Shown here piece after piece: positions 20,409 through 32,914 of a stretch of 64,000 nt of DNA; positions within the stretch are counted from its first letter, which is position 1, and each line of letters opens with the position of its first letter. This DNA is from Nitrospirota bacterium (lineage in GTDB: Bacteria > Nitrospirota > Thermodesulfovibrionia > Thermodesulfovibrionales > JdFR-86): contig CAVRJY010000004.1 in NCBI GenBank assembly GCA_963721805.1, positions 256,001 to 320,000 of the forward strand, written 5' to 3'. Made by a program: the position numbers and the translations under genes. Below the pieces are notes generated by a model that saw only the letters and a list, made by a program, of their open reading frames with translations, had not been told where the DNA came from and made no database searches.

Positions 20409-21292
20409 CTGGTCACCTCCGCCGCCCTCAGCTTGGCGCTGCGCGCCGAGGGGTTTTCCCTTGTCTCGTCCTGCGATGGCACGATAGGTTTTTTAGTTAG
20501 CACGCGCAGCTCTCCGCGCTGCCCGCCGTCTTTCATGAAATGCTTGACCACCCGGTCTTCGAGCGAGTGGTACGAGATCACGACGAGCCTCCCCTGCGCC
20601 GCGAGCACGGAGACCGCCTCGCCGAGCGCATGCCGGAGCTGCCCGAGCTCGTCGTTAAGTTCTATCCTCATGGCCTGAAACGTCCGCGTGGCCGGATGCG
20701 ACCGGCCTCCGCCCTTGCCTACCGCCTGAAGCACGGTGTCGGCCAGTTCGCGGCAGGTGCGTATCGGGGCCTCGGCGCGGCGCGCCACTATCCGGCGCGC
20801 TATGCGCCTGGCGCGGTAGTCCTCGCCGTAGTCGCGTATGACGCGCTCAAGCTCCCGCTCCGTGTATTCGTTAACGATATCCGCGGCGGTCCTGTCAGTC
20901 GAGCGGTCCATCCGCATGTCCAGGGGCTCGTCGGTCTGAAAGCTGAACCCGCGTCCCTCGCCCTTTAGCTGGAACATCGAGACGCCGAGGTCCATCAGCA
21001 CCCCGTCGATCCTTCCAGCGAGTTCCAGCGAGCGGGCGACTTCACCGAGTTCGGAAAAAGGCGAATGCACCGGCCTGAACCTCTCCGGGTCCTGAATCCG
21101 CTGACGCGCGAGCGCGAGCGCCTCTTCGTCCCTGTCGATTCCGATCACCCTGCCCTCCGGGCCCACAAGCCGAAGGATTTCCCCGGAGTGCCCCCCGAGC
21201 CCCACAGTCGCGTCCAGATAAATACCCCCTGGACGCACGCCCAAAAACTCGACCACCTCCCCGGTCATTACAGGGAGATGCACTACCCCCAT
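20405..21292 (-). CDS. rsmH: 16S rRNA m4C1402 methyltransferase
   Basis: HLPVM, DATVGLGGH, DLGVS, PLDMRM, HSLEDR, ARSAKLR. Confidence 0.97.
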   Translation of the reverse strand: MGVVHLPVMTGEVVEFLGVRPGGIYLDATVGLGGHSGEILRLVGPEGRVIGIDRDEEALALARQRIQDPERFRPVHSPFSELGEVARSLELAGRIDGVLMDLGVSMFQLKGEGRGFSFQTDEPLDMRMDRSTDRTAADIVNEYTERELERVIRDYGEDYRARRIARRIVARRAEAPIRTCRELADTVLQAVGKGGGRSHPATRTFQAMRIELNDELGQLRHALGEAVSVLAAQGRLVVISYHSLEDRVVKHFMKDGGQRGELRVLTKKPIVPSQDETRENPSARSAKLRAAEVTR

Positions 21293-21301
21293 GAGCCGCT
21301 T

Positions 21302-21754
21302 CTACAGTCCCAGATCGCTGAGGGACTTTTCGTATGTCTCGTTGCCGGCTGCGTCGAACTCAGTGCTGCGCTCCCACGCCTGCCGGTCCCATACCTCTAT
21401 GCGCTCGAGCTGCCCGACGATCACAATATCGCCGGTTATGCCGAGGTCCTGCCTGAGCGAGGCCGGAAGCTGGATGCGGCCCTGCCTGTCACACGCGGCC
21501 TCGACCGCCGAGCCTATGACCTCGCGCATGAAGCGCTTGACGCTCTTGTCGTTGCGCGGAAGGGATCGAACCCGCCCGAGCAGCTCGATCCATTCCTCGT
21601 GCGGGTAGACCTGTATGCAGCTGTCCACCGCGGCTACGGTGACGTAGAGCTTGGGGCTTGGGGCCGAGGCAAGTATCTCCCTGAAGGCAGCGGGGATCAT
21701 CACCCTGCCCTTAGGGTCCACGTTGTAGTAATATTTTCCGGTAAACGCTGCCAT
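21302..21754 (-). CDS. mraZ: Transcriptional regulator MraZ
   Basis: DPKGRVMIP and DRQGRIQLP repeats; first gene of dcw cluster. Confidence 0.95.
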   Translation of the reverse strand: MAAFTGKYYYNVDPKGRVMIPAAFREILASAPSPKLYVTVAAVDSCIQVYPHEEWIELLGRVRSLPRNDKSVKRFMREVIGSAVEAACDRQGRIQLPASLRQDLGITGDIVIVGQLERIEVWDRQAWERSTEFDAAGNETYEKSLSDLGL

Positions 21755-21759
21755 GCTCA

Positions 21760-21824
21760 CCACTTTCAACCCTTATGTGACACTTTCTACCACTTACTAT
21801 ATAGGGAAGCACCTATAAAGTCAA
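21760..21824 (-). promoter_or_regulatory. dcw promoter with four MraZ-type boxes
   Basis: TTGACT-17-TATAGT (21824-21796) followed by AAGTGG-like repeats at exact 10-bp period (21790, 21780, 21770, 21760). Confidence 0.75.
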
Positions 21825-21922
21825 CGAATTTTTGGATGGCACTATATTTTGTGGTTAATTGGCCGAGTTGGCACTAAATATGGGATTGACGCAGAGGGTC
21901 GGGCGTAACAGCCCGGAGAGGC

Positions 21923-22756
21923 TCAAAAATCAGAAAACGGGACAGGCGTGAAGGTGATGACGAAGATAGCAAAAGCGCCCCACCCGGCGACCTTCCGGCT
22001 GAGGGGGAGCTCCGGCTCCCAGTCCGAGACAGGCGGGTGCCCAACGCCCAGAAAAAGCATGAGCACGGCCCATACCGCCCAGCCGGGCCAGTAATAATAC
22101 CCCAGCACCCCGAGCGCGACGACCAGCGCGATGCTCAGCTTCCTGTGGGCGCGGCCGAACATCGCGAACGCGACGTGGCCGCCGTCGAGCTGCCCTATCG
22201 GGAGCAGGTTTAAAGACGTCACGAAAAACCCTATCCATCCGGCGAACGCAACCGGATGGAGCAGGACGTCGAAGCCCTCGGGCACGCGGCCCAGGATCAT
22301 GCGCGAGAGCCCCGTAAAGAGCAACGAATCCCCGAGCGTGAGGCCTGGGTGGATCCCCCCGGCCGGGACGACCTTGGACATCGTAAGCCCTGCCACCGAA
22401 GCGACGCACGAAAACAGAAACCCTACTATCGGGCCCGAGGCCCCGATGTCCACGAGAGAGCGGCGGTCGGCTATCGCGGTCTTCATCTTTATAAACGCCC
22501 CGAAGGTGCCGATGAACGAGGGCGCGGGGATGAAATACGGAAGCGTTGCAACCGTATTGTGCAGCCTTGAGGCGAAGTAGTGCGAGAGCTCGTGGCTCAT
22601 CAGGATCAGCATCAGCGTGGCGGCAAACGGTATGCCCTCCACAACCCGCAGGGGCTGGCTGAATATGTCCACGCCCTGCTGGAGCGCACCGGCCACGGTC
22701 GTGGACATGCACGTCAGCAGAAACAGCGTTATGTGCAGGTACGGGGGCTTCTTCAT
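21923..22756 (-). CDS. Site-2 protease family (M50) membrane metalloprotease
   Basis: HELSH (HExxH) and NLLPIGQLDGGH. Confidence 0.92.
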   Translation of the reverse strand: MKKPPYLHITLFLLTCMSTTVAGALQQGVDIFSQPLRVVEGIPFAATLMLILMSHELSHYFASRLHNTVATLPYFIPAPSFIGTFGAFIKMKTAIADRRSLVDIGASGPIVGFLFSCVASVAGLTMSKVVPAGGIHPGLTLGDSLLFTGLSRMILGRVPEGFDVLLHPVAFAGWIGFFVTSLNLLPIGQLDGGHVAFAMFGRAHRKLSIALVVALGVLGYYYWPGWAVWAVLMLFLGVGHPPVSDWEPELPLSRKVAGWGAFAIFVITFTPVPFSDF

Positions 22757-24060
22757 GCGGGCTCGGACTCCAGGTCGTAGTCGAGCGCGCGGGTGATGCG
22801 CACATCGACGAAATCGCCGCGCTTAAGGGCACCGGGGTTGTGTATGACCGTCATGCCGTCGATCTCGTGGGCCTGTGTGGCGATCCTGCCTATCGCGGGC
22901 GCGCCGCCGCCCATCGCCTCCTCGACCAGCGCGCGAAGCGTCATCCCTACCAGCGCCTGGTTGGCCTCCAGCGAGATCCCCGCCTGCAGCGTCATCGCGC
23001 GATGAAAGCGCGCGTCCTTGGTGCGCTTCGGGACCTGGCCCTTGAGCCGGGAGGCGGGAGTCCCCTCCTCGCGCGAATATCTAAAGACGCCCATGCGGTC
23101 GAACCTGGCGGTCTCTATGAAATCCAGCAGCCCTAAAAACTCCTCCTCGGTCTCGCCCGGGAACCCTACGATGAAGGTCGTGCGCAGCGCCACTGCGGGC
23201 ACCGCGCGCCTGATGCGGCGCACGAGCGCAAGCAGGCTCCTGTGCGTCTCCGGACGGCCCATCGCCTTGAGCACGGTCTGCTCGGAGTGCTGAAGCGGCA
23301 TGTCGACGTACGGCACGACCTTTCCGCCAGCAGCGAAGACCTCAAGCAGCGCGTCGTCTATCCCCGAGGGGTGCAGGTACATCGGCCGCACCCAGAACTC
23401 CCCGCTGATCGAGGCTATCTCGCTGATTAGCTGCGCAAGCCCGTAGCCGGTGCCGCGGCCGTATGCTGTGAGGTCCTGCGCGACCAGCACGAGCTCGCGC
23501 GCACCGGCGCGGACGTACCGCTCGGCCTCGCGCAGTATTTCCTCCGGCTGCCGCGACGCAAACGGCCCGCGGATAGATGGTATGACGCAATAGGTGCATC
23601 TGCGGTCGCAGCCCTCCGCGACCTTTATCGGCACGGAGGGCGCGCTCAGGCCGCGCTCGAGCAAAAGGCTGCTGATGGCAGTAATTGAACGCGCCTTGGG
23701 CGCTTCGGCCCCTCCGCGCAGGTAGTCCACAATGGCGTCCTCGTCGGCCACGCCGAAGAAGGCGTCGACCTCGGGGAGCTCGGCCGAGAGCTCGGCCCCG
23801 TACCGCTTGGCCAGGCAGCCCATCACGATGAGCCTCTGGCCGGCGTGGCGCGTCGAGGCCGCGCCCAGAATCGCGTCTATGGATTCGCGCTTCGCGTCCT
23901 CGATGAACCCGCAGGTGTTTATAACGACCGCGTCGGCCATCCCGGGGTCGGACTCGTAGACGATACCGGCCTCCTCGGAGAGCCTGCGGATGAGCGACTC
24001 GGAGTCCGCGGTGTTCTTGGGGCAGCCAAAGCTTATGAGGCCTATACGCTTAATACCCAA
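22753..24060 (-). CDS. rimO: Ribosomal protein S12 methylthiotransferase RimO
   Basis: GCPKN, NTCGFI, AEGCDRRCTYC, C-terminal TRAM with EIDG; GGAGG RBS before TTG 24060. Confidence 0.93.
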   Translation of the reverse strand: MGIKRIGLISFGCPKNTADSESLIRRLSEEAGIVYESDPGMADAVVINTCGFIEDAKRESIDAILGAASTRHAGQRLIVMGCLAKRYGAELSAELPEVDAFFGVADEDAIVDYLRGGAEAPKARSITAISSLLLERGLSAPSVPIKVAEGCDRRCTYCVIPSIRGPFASRQPEEILREAERYVRAGARELVLVAQDLTAYGRGTGYGLAQLISEIASISGEFWVRPMYLHPSGIDDALLEVFAAGGKVVPYVDMPLQHSEQTVLKAMGRPETHRSLLALVRRIRRAVPAVALRTTFIVGFPGETEEEFLGLLDFIETARFDRMGVFRYSREEGTPASRLKGQVPKRTKDARFHRAMTLQAGISLEANQALVGMTLRALVEEAMGGGAPAIGRIATQAHEIDGMTVIHNPGALKRGDFVDVRITRALDYDLESEPA

Positions 24061-24081
24061 ACAATCCCTCCAGAAGGGTTC

Positions 24082-24106
24082 AAACAAAAGGGGCCTTCAC
24101 GGCCCC
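24082..24106 (-). terminator. Possible terminator after response regulator
   Basis: GGGGCC-GTGAA-GGCCCC then TTTTGTTT on minus strand. Confidence 0.4.
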
Positions 24107-24149
24107 CCGGCGATGCCACTTAAACTATATACCCCCGATGGCGCGGCGT

Positions 24150-24548
24150 CTACGCGTGCAGGCCGAGCTTCTTGATCTCGGAGAGCAACTCCCTGGTGTT
24201 GATCGGCTTGACCACATAAGAGGTCGCCCCGGCCCGGTACAGCGAGTCCACTACGGTCTTCGGATCGTTGAGCGCGGTGGTCATGATGACCTTTACCTCG
24301 TCTACGGCTGACACCCCCGAGTCCTTCTCGCTCTTGCGGATCGCCTTGAGCGCCGAGATGCCGTCTATGTGGGGCATCATGATATCCATGCATATGAGGT
24401 CATACGTACGGCCCTCGCCTGCCGCGAGCCTGACGGCCTCGATGGCCTCCCTGCCGTCCACCGCGATGTCGCACTCGCCGAATTGCGAGAGGGTCTTCTG
24501 CAGGAGCTTCCTGCTGATGAAATCGTCCTCTACGATCAGAATCCTCAT
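24150..24548 (-). CDS. Single-domain response regulator (CheY-like)
   Basis: MRILIVEDD...DIMMP...MTT...KP. Confidence 0.9.
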   Translation of the reverse strand: MRILIVEDDFISRKLLQKTLSQFGECDIAVDGREAIEAVRLAAGEGRTYDLICMDIMMPHIDGISALKAIRKSEKDSGVSAVDEVKVIMTTALNDPKTVVDSLYRAGATSYVVKPINTRELLSEIKKLGLHA

Positions 24549-24582
24549 TAGGCGGCCTTTCCTCTTGATCTGTTGCGGCGGC

Positions 24583-27500
24583 TTATGAGTCCGCAGGGCC
24601 GTGCCGCAGGCTGGCGCGGAGCACCTCTGTAAGTCTATCAAACTCAGAGTTCAGAAGTCCATGAACTACGGCGGCCGCAGCCTCGATGTCCCCGGCCGAC
24701 GCGGCGCGTTCAACCCCGGCCGAGGCCGCGCTCACCGCGGAGCCCCCGATGCTTGCGCTCGCGCCCTTGATCGAATGCGCGATGCGCCCGGCTGATGCGG
24801 CGTCGCCTTTTTCGATTGCCTCGCGCAGGATCCGCAGCTCGCCCGGCATCTTCTGAAGATAGTCGGCCCACAGCTCACGCAGGAGCCGCCCGTCGCCCTC
24901 TAACCTTTTTAGCGCGGCCCCGCTGTCGAGCACTGCCGGATGTCCGATCGAAAGCCCGTCTATGACCTCGGCCACCTCTCGCACGTGAAAGGGCTTGGGG
25001 AGGTAGGCCGAAAAGCCGCTCTCAAGCAGCCGCTCGCGGTCGCCGGCCATCGAGTAGGCCGTAAGGGCCACTATCGGTATCGCCGGATCATAGCATGGCG
25101 ACGAGGGGTCGCGGATCAGGCGAGTGGCCTCTACCCCGTCCATGAGGGGCATCTGTATGTCCATGAGTATCGCGTCGAAGCGGCCGGTTGAGAGCAGGTC
25201 AAGGGCCTCCTGCCCGTTAGCAACTATCACGGCCTCGTGGCCGAGGTTGCCAAGCACGCTTAGCAGCAGCTTTTGGTTTATTGTGTTGTCCTCGGCGACC
25301 AGTATGCGCCTTCCGGTGGCCCTGCGGCCGGGCCGGCGGGCGGGCGGCCTGCCCGCCTTCGCGTGTCTGCACCCCGAGCCGTCAGCGGCCTTCAGCAGCG
25401 CACCGCTGAGCTCGTCGATGAAGACTGGCTTGCTTACGCAGTCCCATACGCCAAGCTCGTGGCACCTCGCCGAATCGCAGCGCATCGAGGCCGGGGTGAC
25501 GAGTATGACCAGGGGCGGCTCCCTCCGGCTGTTAGGCTTGATCCGCGCTACGTCCATCGTGGCGTCCAGCAGCAGCGTGTCAGGAGCTTTTTCGAATGCG
25601 CATGTCAGCTCAAGGGCGTCCGAGACGTCGACCGCCTCGGTGACATCGGCCCCCCAGCCCTCGAGGGCCTCTCGGAGCATCGCGCGGACGTGGGAGTTGT
25701 CGTCGACCACGAGCGTGGAGCAGCCGTGCATGTCCGGCACGCTACTATGGGCACTTACATTGCCGTCTTCGGGGATGCCGAACGCGACGGTGAAGCAAAA
25801 CCTGCTGCCCTTCCCCTCCTCGCCCTCGGCCCATATGCGGCCGCCCATCGCCTCCACTATCCGGCGCGATATCGCAAGCCCGAGCCCGGTGCCGCCGAAC
25901 CGCCTCGTCGTCGAGCTGTCGGCCTGCGTGAAGGACTCGAATATTACCTCGCGCTTTGCGGCCGGGATGCCGATGCCCGTGTCGCTGACGCTGAACATAA
26001 GCCCTGCGCCAGAGGGGCCGCCTGCGCGTCCGTCCAGGCTGGCTTCGAGCAGCACATGGCCGTATTCCGTGAACTTCACCGCGTTGCCGACGAGGTTAAG
26101 GAGCACCTGTCTGAGGCGCGCCGCATCGCCTGATACGCGGCGGGGCACGTCCGGCCTCAGGTGCACGACCAACTCGAGCCCCTTGCCCTCGGCCTGAAAC
26201 GCGAGCGGCTCGAGCGCGCGGTCGACCGTCTCCCAGAGGTCGAACTCCTCCTGCTCGAGCTCGACCCGGCCGGACTCGATCCGCGAGAAGTCCAGGACGT
26301 CGTTTATGATCTTAAGGAGCGTGCCGGTGGAGTGCTTTATAAGCGAGACGTACTCCTGCTGCTCCTCGTCGAGGCTGCTTTCCACCAGCAGGTCCGTCAT
26401 GCCGATGATGCCGTTTAGGGGGGTGCGCAGCTCGTGGCTCATGTTGGCGACGAACTCGCCCTTGGCGCGGCTCGTGGCCTCGGCGATCTCCACGGCCTGC
26501 TGCAGGGCCTCCTCGGTGCGTTTGCGGGCCGTTATGTCGTCGAATATCCAGATCGAGCCCCGTGAGGGGTCATCGCTATCTATGACGGACTCCCGGATCG
26601 AGACCCAGAGCTGCGAGCCGTCCCTGGTCCTCATGCGCGCCTCGGAGCTGATCGAGGAGCCCTCTGCGGCGCGTTCGGCCCCGGCCCGCCCGAGCTTCCC
26701 GAATTCAGCGGCCGAGGCGAAGAACCCCTCCATGCCGAGGCTCGCGGCCTCCTTGCGCGGCCAGCCGAACATCTGCTCGAACCTCCTGTTTACGCGCACG
26801 ACCTGAGCGTCGCGCAGATAGGCTATGCCGACCCCGGCGTTCTCGAGTATTATGTTCAGCTCGACCAGGACGCCCTCCAGCGTCTCTTCCGCCTTCTTGC
26901 GCTCTGTGATATCGCGCACGATGCCGCTGAAGAAGACCTCGCCCCCGGAGCTCCACATCCCGAGCGAGAGGTCGACCGGAAACCGCCCGCCGCCCTTTCT
27001 GAGGCCCGCAAGCTCTACGGTCTTGCCGATCAGGTGCGGCGCGGCCGGCTGCGATCTGAGGCGGGACATGCCCTTGGTGTGCAGGTCGCGGTACTCATCC
27101 GGGATGATGGTCGTCAGCGGCATGCCGATGATCTCATCGGCCGCGTATCCGAAGATCGCCTCCGCGCCGCTGTTCCAAGAGACGACGCGCAGGTCCCTGT
27201 CCGCGATGATTATCGCGTCCGAGGCCGACTGCACGACCGAGCGGAACCGCTTCTCGGACGCGGCGAGCTCGGCCGACATCCTCCGGCGCTCGGTCACGTC
27301 CCGAAGCGCGAAGACCATGCCGTGCACCCTGCCGGACTCGCCGGCAATCGCCGATACCGTCAGGTCGACCTCGATCTTCCCGCCGTCGCGGTCTATCAAT
27401 ATATAGTCGCCCGTGAGCTCGTGGCCCTGTCCGCCGCAGGCCCTGGCGGTCAGGTCGTCGATGAAGACCGCAGCGCCCCCGGATTCGATCCTGAGGATGC

Positions 27501-28065
27501 CCTCGATATTCTTGCCCTCGGCCATGGCCATGTTTATGCCGAGCATGTTTTCGGCGAGCGGGTTTAGGTAGGTTATGAGGTCGTCGGTGTCGGTCGTGAT
27601 TATCGCCTCGTGTATGCTGCGCAGCGTCGCGGCCATCCAGCGCTCGCGCTCCTTGAGCTTGAGGTTGATCTCGTGGCGGCGCAGCGCGACCTCTATCGCT
27701 ATCCTCAGGTCGTTTTCCTCGAAGGGTTTTAGCAGGTAGGCGTCGGGCTCGGCCTCCTTGGCGCGCTGGAACGTCTGCTCCTCGGAGTTCGCGGTAAGGA
27801 AGATAACCGGTATGTCGCGCTCGCTGCGGATGGCCTTGGCCGCGTCGATGCCGTCCATCGGGCCCTTGAGCATGACGTCCATCAGGACGAGGTCCGGGGG
27901 GTCGGCCGCGGCGGATTTAATCGCATCGCCGCCGGAAGCGACCGAGTCCGTGACCCTGTAGCCCAAGCGCTCGAGGCGCATGGCTATATCGGCCGCAACG
28001 AGGCGCGAGTCCTCGACCACGAGGACCCGCGAGGGGTTGCCCTCTATCCTTATCCTGTCGGGCAC
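24583..28065 (-). CDS. Cytoplasmic hybrid histidine kinase REC-PAS-PAS-PAS-HisKA-HATPase-REC-REC-Hpt
   Basis: VEDS/DVM receiver; three PAS/PAC segments; MSHELRTPLN; NLVGNAVKFT, DTGIG, GGTGLGL; AEDN..DIQMP; AHSIKGAS Hpt. Confidence 0.93.
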   Translation of the reverse strand: MPDRIRIEGNPSRVLVVEDSRLVAADIAMRLERLGYRVTDSVASGGDAIKSAAADPPDLVLMDVMLKGPMDGIDAAKAIRSERDIPVIFLTANSEEQTFQRAKEAEPDAYLLKPFEENDLRIAIEVALRRHEINLKLKERERWMAATLRSIHEAIITTDTDDLITYLNPLAENMLGINMAMAEGKNIEGILRIESGGAAVFIDDLTARACGGQGHELTGDYILIDRDGGKIEVDLTVSAIAGESGRVHGMVFALRDVTERRRMSAELAASEKRFRSVVQSASDAIIIADRDLRVVSWNSGAEAIFGYAADEIIGMPLTTIIPDEYRDLHTKGMSRLRSQPAAPHLIGKTVELAGLRKGGGRFPVDLSLGMWSSGGEVFFSGIVRDITERKKAEETLEGVLVELNIILENAGVGIAYLRDAQVVRVNRRFEQMFGWPRKEAASLGMEGFFASAAEFGKLGRAGAERAAEGSSISSEARMRTRDGSQLWVSIRESVIDSDDPSRGSIWIFDDITARKRTEEALQQAVEIAEATSRAKGEFVANMSHELRTPLNGIIGMTDLLVESSLDEEQQEYVSLIKHSTGTLLKIINDVLDFSRIESGRVELEQEEFDLWETVDRALEPLAFQAEGKGLELVVHLRPDVPRRVSGDAARLRQVLLNLVGNAVKFTEYGHVLLEASLDGRAGGPSGAGLMFSVSDTGIGIPAAKREVIFESFTQADSSTTRRFGGTGLGLAISRRIVEAMGGRIWAEGEEGKGSRFCFTVAFGIPEDGNVSAHSSVPDMHGCSTLVVDDNSHVRAMLREALEGWGADVTEAVDVSDALELTCAFEKAPDTLLLDATMDVARIKPNSRREPPLVILVTPASMRCDSARCHELGVWDCVSKPVFIDELSGALLKAADGSGCRHAKAGRPPARRPGRRATGRRILVAEDNTINQKLLLSVLGNLGHEAVIVANGQEALDLLSTGRFDAILMDIQMPLMDGVEATRLIRDPSSPCYDPAIPIVALTAYSMAGDRERLLESGFSAYLPKPFHVREVAEVIDGLSIGHPAVLDSGAALKRLEGDGRLLRELWADYLQKMPGELRILREAIEKGDAASAGRIAHSIKGASASIGGSAVSAASAGVERAASAGDIEAAAAVVHGLLNSEFDRLTEVLRASLRHGPADS

Positions 28066-28069
28066 GCGG

Positions 28070-28897
28070 TTATTTTATGTCCCTTCTGAGGAAGGCGATA
28101 GTCCCTCCGGCGAGCACCATCGCCGCGCACAGCAGCTGCCCCATGCTGAAGGGGCCGACGATGAACCCAAGCTGGACGTCCGGCTCGCGGAAGAACTCAA
28201 GGACGAAGCGCACGACGCCGTACCCGGCGAGATACAGCGAAAGCTGGAATCCCGAAAACGGCCTCAGCCTGCGAAGCGGCCAGATCAGCAAAAACAGCCC
28301 GAGCCCCTCAAAGGTAGCCTCATACAGCTGCGAGGGGTGGCGCAGCTGGCCGGTCGGGTCGGAAGGGAAATACATCCCGAGCGGAGAGTCGGTCGGCCTG
28401 CCGTAGAGCTCGCCGTTTACGAAGTTGCCGAGCCTCCCGAACATATACCCAAGCGGTATCGCAGGGACGACGAAGTCCGCGAAGTCCCAAAAGTTCACCT
28501 TGTGCCGCCTGAGGCAGAGCCACCCGGCCAGCACGACGCCCACGAGACCGCCGTGGTATGACATCCCGGCGATGCCCGTGTACTTTATCCCCTCCGGCGT
28601 GTACTCAAACGGAAGGAACGCCTCGAGCGGGTGCGCGGCGTAGTATCCGGGGTTATAGATGAAGACGTAGCCTATCCTGGCCCCTGCGACGAGCCCTACA
28701 GCGACCCAGAAGATGAAGTCCTCGAGCACGCGGGGGTCAAACGGCGCGGCCTCGCGCTTGATCCTGTAAAGCGAGAGCAGGTATACGGTGGCGAAGGCCA
28801 GGACGTACATCATCCCGTACCAGCCGACGCGGAAGGATCCGATATGGATTATGTAGGGGTTCATATGCGACGGCAGGTCGCTCCACCACGTGTGCAT
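28070..28897 (-). CDS. lgt: Prolipoprotein diacylglyceryl transferase
   Basis: WYG, GARIGY, MSYHGG, GRLGNFVNGELYGR, HPSQLYE. Confidence 0.97.
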   Translation of the reverse strand: MHTWWSDLPSHMNPYIIHIGSFRVGWYGMMYVLAFATVYLLSLYRIKREAAPFDPRVLEDFIFWVAVGLVAGARIGYVFIYNPGYYAAHPLEAFLPFEYTPEGIKYTGIAGMSYHGGLVGVVLAGWLCLRRHKVNFWDFADFVVPAIPLGYMFGRLGNFVNGELYGRPTDSPLGMYFPSDPTGQLRHPSQLYEATFEGLGLFLLIWPLRRLRPFSGFQLSLYLAGYGVVRFVLEFFREPDVQLGFIVGPFSMGQLLCAAMVLAGGTIAFLRRDIK

Positions 28898-28899
28898 CG

Positions 28900-29379
28900 C
28901 TATTGCCCCTCCTCCTCGTCATCGTCGCGGCATCCGCCCTCGCGCCGGAGCCTGCACGCGGCCGCGTGCACCGCGAAGTATGACGCCACCGAAGCGATCA
29001 GCCCGACTATCGCGGTGCCGACCAGTATCGGGACGAACATCTGCCCGAGGCCGTCTATCATGTTGGTCACGTTGAAGATCGTCCAGTCGAGCTGCGGCAC
29101 GACGATGCTCCGGCCCATCACATAGAGCCCCACCCAGAGGCAGAACGAGTATATCGGGATCACGGTCCAGGGGTTGGTGACGAGCACCGCGGCGATGAGC
29201 ACCGCGCGGTTGAGGTTCAGCAGCCAGGATACGGCGAGCGCCAGGAGTATGTGCAGGCCGAAAAACGGCGAGAGTCCGATGAACAGCCCTATCGCAAAGG
29301 ACGTGGCGATGCGGCGGGGGCTGTCCTTGACGCCCAGGACGCCCCGTATACGGTCGGCTATCGTTATCCGCCCGCTCAT
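28900..29379 (-). CDS. DUF2062-like membrane protein
   Basis: SPRRIATSFAIGLFIGLSPFFGLH and NPWT motifs. Confidence 0.8.
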   Translation of the reverse strand: MSGRITIADRIRGVLGVKDSPRRIATSFAIGLFIGLSPFFGLHILLALAVSWLLNLNRAVLIAAVLVTNPWTVIPIYSFCLWVGLYVMGRSIVVPQLDWTIFNVTNMIDGLGQMFVPILVGTAIVGLIASVASYFAVHAAACRLRREGGCRDDDEEEGQ

Positions 29380-29386
29380 CGCGCGA

Positions 29387-30379
29387 TCACCCGAAGTGGC
29401 GGTAGCCCGCAGGCTTGAGCCGCGTTGTACGTCCGTCAGCGCGCCTTAGCCGCAGCCCGTCAGCCTGCGCCGTTATCCGGCCTATTGCCACCGCGCCCCC
29501 GGGCGGCCTGACGTTATGCGGCATCGTAAAGAGCAGCTCGTAGTCCTCGCCGCCGTCGAGCGCCAGAGTTAATGGATCCAGCCCAAGAGAGCCTGCGGCC
29601 TCGCGCAGCGCGCCGGAGAGCGGGACAGCCCCCTCCTCGATCCTCGCGCCGCGGCCGCTTTCCTCGCAGAGCCTGAACAGGTCTATCGAAAGCCCGTCGC
29701 TTATGTCCATCATCGCGTTAACTTTCCCCTCGGGCGCGCTTCTGGCCTCGGGCATCAGGTGCCTTGCGATCAGGGGCCTTACGACGTCCCACCGAAGCGA
29801 CCCGATGCGCTGCCTTCGCGCAAGCTCAACCGGCCTCCCGTGGCGCTTCATGAGCTGCAGCCCGCATGCGGCATCCCCCAGCGGGCCCGTCACATATATT
29901 ATATCTCCAATGGCGGCCCCGCTTCTGAGCACCGGCCGCCTGGCGTATCCTATCACCGTGGCCGAGAGGCAGATGCCCCCCGTCGAGGCCGAGACGTCGC
30001 CCCCGACTAACGCGATATTATACCGCCCAAGCCCTTCTGAAACGCCCTCGAATATGCGGTCTATCACGCGGGCGGCGGTATCTCCGGGTGCGGCGAGGCC
30101 GACCAGGAGCGCCGAGGTCGCGCCGCCCATCGCGCTTATGTCGCTTACGTTAGCCGAGACGAGCTTGATAGCCCGCCTGCCGGGGCGTGCAGTATGCGAG
30201 GTCGAAGTGCACGCCCTCGAGCATCATGTCCGTAGAGACCAGGAGCCTCATGCCCTGCGGCGGGCTCAGCACCGCCGCGTCATCGCCGATCCCGGTGAGC
30301 ACGCCAGCCGCACGGGCGCCGGAGGGAAAACCCTCGCGGATGCCGCGGACGAGCCGGAGTTCGCCCCGCTGAGAAAGCC

Positions 30380-30383
<4 letters not shown>
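29387..30383 (-). CDS. thiL: Thiamine-monophosphate kinase, with apparent +1 frameshift near 30167
   Basis: ATG 30383 [20 protein letters not shown] joins [28 protein letters not shown] after removing one base. Confidence 0.92.
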
Positions 30384-32875
<2,492 letters not shown>

Positions 32876-32914
32876 TTTGACCTCTTTTTTTATTTTCATG
32901 TTGTGCGCCCGCGC

